32,000 nucleotides of DNA. Origin: Candidatus Arthromitus sp. SFB-rat-Yit (lineage in GTDB: Bacteria > Bacillota > Clostridia > Clostridiales > Clostridiaceae). A model generated the notes under the pieces. The model saw nothing but the letters and a program-made list of their open reading frames with translations, ran no database searches and had not been told where the DNA came from. Below, piece after piece: positions 26,495-32,000 of the stretch. Positions within the stretch are counted from its first letter, which is position 1. Every line of letters begins with the position of its first letter. A program made the translations under genes and the position numbers. Where the stretch lies: positions 270,001 to 302,000 of the forward strand of contig NC_016012.1 of assembly GCF_000283555.1 (NCBI RefSeq). The letters are read 5' to 3'.

Positions 26495-27805
26495 TTGTTG
26501 AATAGAAATAAGACACTTAGATTATTGGTGTTTTTAATAATGGTATTTATTTTTATAGCAAATACTAATGTTATAGCAAGTGTTAAAGATTCATTGGAAC
26601 AACAAATACAAGAGAATAAAAATAAAATTGATAATGTTCAAAATGAAATAGATAGTATAAATAAAGAAATAGATGCTATTGATAGTGAGTTATCTAAAAT
26701 TAAGGGAGAGATAGATCAAAGAAATGGAGTTATCAATGAGTATTTAGAGAATATAGAATTGCATCAAAAAAATATAGATGACAAAACAGTATTAGTAGAA
26801 GGCGTTGAGAAACAGATAGTTTCTATGGAAGAAAATATAGGAAGGCTTAATGTAGAAATTGAAAAAAATCAGTCTGAATTAATAAGATTAGAATCTATAC
26901 TTGCCGATAGAATAAAAGAATTTTATAAATATTCTCAAAATAATTCTTTGGGATTAGATTTATTTTTTACAATGGTATTTGATATGAACAAGGATTTACA
27001 AGATCTAATGGATACCGTTCATAGTATGTCAAAAATAACTGAAAGCGATAGAAAATTAATAGAAAATATAAAGCAAATTAAAGATAATATAACTAGAGAT
27101 ATGAAAAATTTAGAGAAGGAAACTCAAAGTTTAGCTTTGTACAAGAAGGATTTAGAAACTCAGATACAAGAGATAGAGAATTCTAAGAATGAATTAGTTG
27201 TGAAGAAAAATGAGTTGGATGCAGAATTACAAGTTGTTAAAGATTTAGAAAGTGAGTATCAGTCTAGGTATGATGCTTTAGATGAAGATTCTAGAACAAA
27301 AAGAAATGAACTTGTAAATATTCAACAGGATAATGAACAATTACAGCAACAGTTGAAAGATTATTTAAATTCTGTAAATAATTCAGGTTTAGTTGGTGGA
27401 AGTAATAAGGTAAGTCCAAGTGGATACTTAAGACCATCTACAGGGCCGATTACATCTAATTATGGATGGAGAGTACATCCAGTAAGAGGTACAAAATCAC
27501 TTCACACAGGCGTCGATTTTGGAGGTAAAGTTGGAGATACAATAATTGCAAGTAGGGCTGGAGATATTGCATTTGCTGGATGGTATAACAATGTTTATGG
27601 AAATGTTGTTATTATAAACCATGGAGGTGGGTATCAAACATTTTATGCTCACATGTCAAGAGTTACGGTATCTAAAGGACAAGCAGTTGATCAAGGTGTA
27701 AGAATTGGACAAATGGGATCTACTGGTATGAGTACTGGTGCTCATTTACATTTTGAAGTTAGAAAAGATGGATCTAGTTTAGACCCACTTAAATTTTTGT
27801 CATAA
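26495..27805 (+). CDS. Secreted M23/LytM metallopeptidase with a long N-terminal coiled coil
   Basis: Signal/anchor LRLLVFLIMVFIFIANTNVIA. About 270 aa are heptad-rich (E/K/Q/I/L). The C-terminal LytM domain has intact HTGVDFGG (HxxxD) and GAHLHFEV (HxH). RBS AGGAGGA. TTG start. Confidence 0.9.
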   Translation: MLNRNKTLRLLVFLIMVFIFIANTNVIASVKDSLEQQIQENKNKIDNVQNEIDSINKEIDAIDSELSKIKGEIDQRNGVINEYLENIELHQKNIDDKTVLVEGVEKQIVSMEENIGRLNVEIEKNQSELIRLESILADRIKEFYKYSQNNSLGLDLFFTMVFDMNKDLQDLMDTVHSMSKITESDRKLIENIKQIKDNITRDMKNLEKETQSLALYKKDLETQIQEIENSKNELVVKKNELDAELQVVKDLESEYQSRYDALDEDSRTKRNELVNIQQDNEQLQQQLKDYLNSVNNSGLVGGSNKVSPSGYLRPSTGPITSNYGWRVHPVRGTKSLHTGVDFGGKVGDTIIASRAGDIAFAGWYNNVYGNVVIINHGGGYQTFYAHMSRVTVSKGQAVDQGVRIGQMGSTGMSTGAHLHFEVRKDGSSLDPLKFLS

Positions 27806-27815
27806 TAGAAATTTT

Positions 27816-27850
27816 AAAAAGGATGCTATTAATTTAGCGTCCTTTTTATT
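27816..27850 (+). terminator. Rho-independent terminator after the M23 peptidase gene
   Basis: Stem AAAAAGGATGCTA / TAGCGTCCTTTTT (one G-U pair), followed by a T-run. Confidence 0.8.
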
Positions 27851-27959
27851 ATAATTAAATAAAAAATATGTATAAGTATGGAAAAATGGTTATAATTAAA
27901 ATATAATTTTATTTTTGTATTATTTTTTATATATCTCGTTTTGAATATTGGAGGTAAGG

Positions 27960-28781
27960 ATGAGGAGAAGTAGTATTTTCAGTAGGGAATATGAGAAGAA
28001 AATAAGAAAAAAGCGATTTATTATATTAATATTGATTTTAACTTTTTTAATTATAGGGGTATTTTACATAGTCAATTTTTCCAAAATTAATAATTATTTA
28101 AGAGATAAATATTATTCACTTATATCTAAAGAGATTTCCAATACAAATGAAATAGAAGTGGATAAGTATGATGAAAATGATACAAATAATATTAATGAAG
28201 AAACTCGTATTCCATTAGAAGAAAATATCGATAATAATGAGCTTGATAGATTGATTTACAATGTAATTTTAGGAGATAACGAATTAAAAATTTCATATAT
28301 GAAGGATGAAAATAATATTAAATTTTTAGGATTAATTGATACATTAGATTCGAAATATAGTTTTGATATATCACCGAATAAACAGAAAATTTTGATAGAA
28401 AATAATATTACTCAAGATGTATATATGGTTGATTCTATACTTAATACTTTTAAATTGGATCCAGAGTTTTTTTATTCTAATTCAGCTAAAAATAGATTTT
28501 ATAAAAATGATATAAGGAATACATACGAAAATTATGCTTGGTATAAATCCGCTAAATTTTTAGATGATAATACTGTGGTGTATGTTAGCAATCTTCCATG
28601 GTTTGGTAGAAATGAACAATATGTATGGAGGACGGATGTAAGTGATACACAAGATATAAAGCACTTTATGACAAGTATAGCTGGTGAAAATATTGAGTTT
28701 GGAGAGTTGACAGAGCATGGGATTAAAGTTAATATAAATAATGAAATGAAGTTATTAACATTTTCTTTTGTTCTTAATTAG
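27960..28781 (+). CDS. Membrane-anchored protein of unknown function (N-terminal TM, ~230-aa extracytoplasmic domain)
   Basis: The ATG at 27960 lies 5 nt after GGAGG. The TM segment is FIILILILTFLIIGVFYIV. I recognise no family motif. Confidence 0.6.
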   Translation: MRRSSIFSREYEKKIRKKRFIILILILTFLIIGVFYIVNFSKINNYLRDKYYSLISKEISNTNEIEVDKYDENDTNNINEETRIPLEENIDNNELDRLIYNVILGDNELKISYMKDENNIKFLGLIDTLDSKYSFDISPNKQKILIENNITQDVYMVDSILNTFKLDPEFFYSNSAKNRFYKNDIRNTYENYAWYKSAKFLDDNTVVYVSNLPWFGRNEQYVWRTDVSDTQDIKHFMTSIAGENIEFGELTEHGIKVNINNEMKLLTFSFVLN

Positions 28782-28791
28782 TAATCTTGTG

Positions 28792-28820
28792 TTGATTTTA
28801 ATGATTTATTGGTTTATATA
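28792..28820 (+). promoter_or_regulatory. Candidate sigma-A promoter for tig-clpP-clpX (TTGATT-17 nt-TATATA)
   Basis: TTGATT at 28792-28797, a 17-nt spacer, and TATATA at 28815-28820. It lies ~38 nt upstream of the tig ATG. Confidence 0.4.
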
Positions 28821-28857
28821 TTTTTAGAAATATTGGTTAATTAGGAGGAATTTTGTA

Positions 28858-30156
28858 ATGAATGTTCAGTTAAATAATCTTGAAGATAGTAGGGTAGAAT
28901 TTGTTATCAAGGTAGATAGGAAAGAATTTGATGATGCTATACATATGTCTTTTAAGAAGAATGTTTCTAAATATAATGTGCCTGGATTTAGGAAAGGTAA
29001 AATTCCTTTTAAGATCTTTGAACAAATGGTTGGAATTGAGGTGCTTTATAATGATGCTGCAAATGTTGTAATAGATAAGACTTATAAAAATGCTATTGAA
29101 GATAATAAAATCGAAGTTGTGGATTACCCTAATATAGAAATTATAAATTGCAAATTGGGTGAAGATTTTGAATATAAAGCAATTGTATATGTTAAACCTG
29201 AGGTAGTACTTGGGGAATATAAGGGATTAGGTGTTGAAGAAGTTACATATGATGTGAGCGATAGTGATATTGATCAGGAGTTGCAAAATTTAAGAGAGCA
29301 AAATGCACGTATTGTTTTAAAAGATGGAGCTATTGAAGAGGGAGATATAGCTATAATAGATTTTAAAGGATTTGTAGATAATAAGCCATTTGATGGTGGA
29401 GAAGCTAAAGATTATACTTTAGTTATAGGATCAAAGAGTTTCATAGATACTTTTGAGGATCAGCTTGTTGGAAAATCTAAAGGTGATAATGTTGATGTAA
29501 ATGTGGTATTTCCAAATGATTATGGTGTTGATTCATTGAAGGGTAAGGAAGCTAAATTTGAAGTTGCTATAAAAGATGTAAAAGTAAAAGAATTAGAGGA
29601 ATTGAATGATGATTTTGCAAAAAATTATTCTGAATTTACTACTTTAGATGAACTAAGAAATAGTATAAAAGAGAAAAAAAATAAAGAGAATGAAAATAAA
29701 CAAAAATATGAGTTTGAGAATTCTGTTATAGAAAAAGTATGTAATAATGCTAAGGTTGACATTCCAGAACCAATGATACAGAGTGAAATTGACAGACTTA
29801 TACATGATTTTGAAAATAAAGTTAAGTATCAAGGTACAACTTTAGATCAATATTGTAAATATTATGGTATAGAGTTAGAAGATATAAGAAATAATTTTAG
29901 AGATAGGGCATCTAAGCAGGTATTATCTAACTTGGTTATAGAAAAAATATCTAAGGAAGAAAATATATTATCAAATAAAGATGATATTGAAGCTAAAGCT
30001 TTAGAGTTAGCTAAGATGTATTCTCAAGATGAAAATAAAATTAATTCTATTAAAGAGAGTCTTTTAGCGACATATAATGATTCTTTAGAAAGAGATGTAA
30101 TTATGTCAAAAACTATAGAATTTTTAGTAAATCATAATAAAAAGAAAAGTAATTAA
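28858..30156 (+). CDS. tig: Trigger factor
   Basis: 432 aa. The ribosome-binding signature is VPGFRKGKIP. There is a central FKBP-like block (IDFKGFVDNKPFDGGEA). It is followed by clpP-clpX, as is usual. Confidence 0.95.
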   Translation: MNVQLNNLEDSRVEFVIKVDRKEFDDAIHMSFKKNVSKYNVPGFRKGKIPFKIFEQMVGIEVLYNDAANVVIDKTYKNAIEDNKIEVVDYPNIEIINCKLGEDFEYKAIVYVKPEVVLGEYKGLGVEEVTYDVSDSDIDQELQNLREQNARIVLKDGAIEEGDIAIIDFKGFVDNKPFDGGEAKDYTLVIGSKSFIDTFEDQLVGKSKGDNVDVNVVFPNDYGVDSLKGKEAKFEVAIKDVKVKELEELNDDFAKNYSEFTTLDELRNSIKEKKNKENENKQKYEFENSVIEKVCNNAKVDIPEPMIQSEIDRLIHDFENKVKYQGTTLDQYCKYYGIELEDIRNNFRDRASKQVLSNLVIEKISKEENILSNKDDIEAKALELAKMYSQDENKINSIKESLLATYNDSLERDVIMSKTIEFLVNHNKKKSN

Positions 30157-30179
30157 TAGAGTGTTAAAGGAGGAGACTT

Positions 30180-30767
30180 ATGGCATTAGTACCTATAGTT
30201 GTTGAGCAAACAAGTAAGGGTGAACGTTCTTATGATATATATTCAAGGTTGTTAAAGGAACGTATAATCTTTTTAGGAGATGAGGTTAATGATGTTACAG
30301 CAAGTTTAATAGTTGCTCAGTTGTTATTTCTTGAGAGTGAAGATACTGATAAAGATATACATTTATATATAAATAGTCCCGGAGGGTCTATAACAGCAGG
30401 TATGGCTATATATGATACTATGCAGTATATAAAGCCTGATGTATCCACGATTTGTATAGGTATGGCTGCATCTATGGGTGCATTTTTATTATCTTCTGGA
30501 GCAAAAGGTAAGAGATTTGCATTGCCTAATAGTGAAATAATGATACATCAACCACTAGGTGGATTTAGAGGGCAGGCAACAGATATAGATATACATGCAA
30601 AGAGAATATTAAGAATGAAGAATGATTTAAACAAAATACTTAGTGAGAATACGGGAAAGCCGCTATCTCAAATAGAGTTAGATGTTGAAAGAGATTATTT
30701 TTTGGGTTCTTATGAGGCTAAAGAATATGGTTTAATAGATAATGTTATAAGTAAGAAGGTTAAATAA
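30180..30767 (+). CDS. clpP: ATP-dependent Clp protease proteolytic subunit
   Basis: [37 protein letters not shown] (Ser nucleophile), IMIHQPLGG (His). Confidence 0.97.
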   Translation: MALVPIVVEQTSKGERSYDIYSRLLKERIIFLGDEVNDVTASLIVAQLLFLESEDTDKDIHLYINSPGGSITAGMAIYDTMQYIKPDVSTICIGMAASMGAFLLSSGAKGKRFALPNSEIMIHQPLGGFRGQATDIDIHAKRILRMKNDLNKILSENTGKPLSQIELDVERDYFLGSYEAKEYGLIDNVISKKVK

Positions 30768-30794
30768 TATTAAATCTATTTGCGGGGTGTGGTT

Positions 30795-32000
30795 ATGGCG
30801 AAATTGGATGAAAATAAGCAATTAAAGTGTTCTTTTTGTGGGAAAAATCAAGAGCAAGTAAAAAGGTTAATTGCTGGTCCAGGGGTTTATATATGTGATG
30901 AATGTATAAATTTATGTTCGGAAATAATAACAGATGATTGTGTAGATGATCAAAAGGTAGGACTATCTAAGGTACCTAAACCTAAAGAGATAAAGGATTA
31001 TTTAGATCAATATATTATAGGTCAAGATAGAGCTAAAAGATCTGTGTCGGTTGCTATATATAACCATTATAAGAGAATCAATTCACTTATAAAAGATGAT
31101 AGTGTCGAGATACAGAAAAGTAATATATTGTTATTAGGACCAACGGGATCAGGTAAAACTTTAATAGCACAGACTTTAGCGAGATTTTTGAATGTACCAT
31201 TTGCTATAGCTGATGCTACTACTTTAACTGAGGCTGGTTATGTTGGAGAAGATGTAGAGAATATATTACTAAAATTAATACAAAATGCTGATTATGATGT
31301 GGAGCGAGCTGAAAAAGGAATAATATACATAGATGAGATAGATAAAATTGCTAGAAAATCTGAAAATCCTTCCATAACTAGAGATGTATCTGGTGAAGGT
31401 GTACAACAAGCATTACTCAAGATATTGGAAGGTACTGTAGCATCTGTTCCACCTCAAGGTGGTAGGAAACATCCTCATCAAGAATTTATACAAATAAATA
31501 CTTCTAATATATTATTTATTTGTGGTGGCGCTTTTGATGGGATGGAAAAAATTATAGAGCAAAGAATTAGCGTTAGGGGCATGGGATTTGGCGCAGATAT
31601 ACCCTCTAAAGAAAATAAAGAATTAGACAAGATATTTGGTAATATATTGCCAGAAGATTTATTGAAATTTGGTCTTATACCTGAGTTTATAGGTCGTTTA
31701 CCTATACTTGTTTCATTAAATGCATTGACTGTAGAAGCGTTAGTTAGGATACTAAAGGAACCTAAGAATGCTATAGTTAAACAGTATAAGAAGTTATTTG
31801 AATATGATAATGTTGAATTAGAGTTTGAAGAACAAGCACTTGAATCTATATCAAAAAAAGCTATTAGTAGAAATACTGGAGCAAGAGGTCTTAGAACTAT
31901 AGTTGAAGACTTGTTAATTGATGTTATGTATAATATACCTTCAGATAAAAACATAGATAAAGTTGTAGTAACTGAAAAGAGTATAGATGATAAAAAAATA
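30795..32000 (+). CDS. clpX: ATP-dependent Clp protease ATP-binding subunit ClpX, 3' end cut by the window edge
   Basis: My own translation is [41 protein letters not shown] (zinc-binding domain), then GPTGSGKTL (Walker A) and IIYIDEIDK (Walker B). The frame stays open to position 32000. It is absent from the ORF track because no stop codon lies in the window. Confidence 0.96.
   Translation, partial: MAKLDENKQLKCSFCGKNQEQVKRLIAGPGVYICDECINLCSEIITDDCVDDQKVGLSKVPKPKEIKDYLDQYIIGQDRAKRSVSVAIYNHYKRINSLIKDDSVEIQKSNILLLGPTGSGKTLIAQTLARFLNVPFAIADATTLTEAGYVGEDVENILLKLIQNADYDVERAEKGIIYIDEIDKIARKSENPSITRDVSGEGVQQALLKILEGTVASVPPQGGRKHPHQEFIQINTSNILFICGGAFDGMEKIIEQRISVRGMGFGADIPSKENKELDKIFGNILPEDLLKFGLIPEFIGRLPILVSLNALTVEALVRILKEPKNAIVKQYKKLFEYDNVELEFEEQALESISKKAISRNTGARGLRTIVEDLLIDVMYNIPSDKNIDKVVVTEKSIDDKKI

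Noticed and set aside
30157-30179. A CtsR operator (GGTCAAA direct repeat) would be expected upstream of clpP.
   Set aside because: The tig-clpP gap is only 23 nt and contains just the RBS. No GGTCAAA repeat was seen there or upstream of tig.
31478-31954. A 158-aa minus-strand ORF.
   Set aside because: It is antisense to clpX, whose plus-strand translation shows the zinc-binding domain and Walker A/B motifs and stays open to the window end.

Overview
The window comes from a very AT-rich, spore-forming, Clostridium-like Firmicute. This placement rests on a C. perfringens-type alpha/beta SASP, the tig-clpP-clpX order and clostridial-style nan genes; it is an inference, with no database search run. 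The window opens inside an rRNA operon: the 3' ~2.3 kb of 23S, a 5S gene and a strong terminator. About 29 kb of tightly packed, mostly plus-strand chromosomal genes follow. In order these are: a divergent NanE-like protein plus a CE4 polysaccharide deacetylase; an OmpR-type two-component system co-transcribed with a large lipoprotein and YedF; a lone RusA-like gene on the minus strand; tsaD, an alpha/beta-hydrolase-fold membrane protein and an HtrA protease; an ABC-F ATPase on the minus strand; a sialic-acid catabolism cluster (nanE, nanA, SSS transporter, ROK kinase) followed by an MntP-family gene; a zinc module (zur, znuCB, znuA, small acidic ORF); a terminator-bracketed four-gene membrane module (two rhomboid-fold proteins, a DUF1232 fusion protein, a YtxH-like peptide); an SASP gene absent from the ORF track; a coiled-coil M23 peptidase; an unknown membrane-anchored protein; and tig-clpP-clpX, with clpX cut by the window end. 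I see no CRISPR array, transposase, integrase, prophage block or recognisable defence system. The most unusual signal is a recurrent one: several proteins keep a clear enzyme fold signature but lack the textbook catalytic residues (NanE-like, alpha/beta-hydrolase-like, two tandem rhomboid-like, and partly RusA-like). The best candidate for an undescribed unit is the rhomboid-like/DUF1232/YtxH-like operon at 22.7-25.9 kb. All residue-level statements come from by-eye alignment and need computational confirmation.
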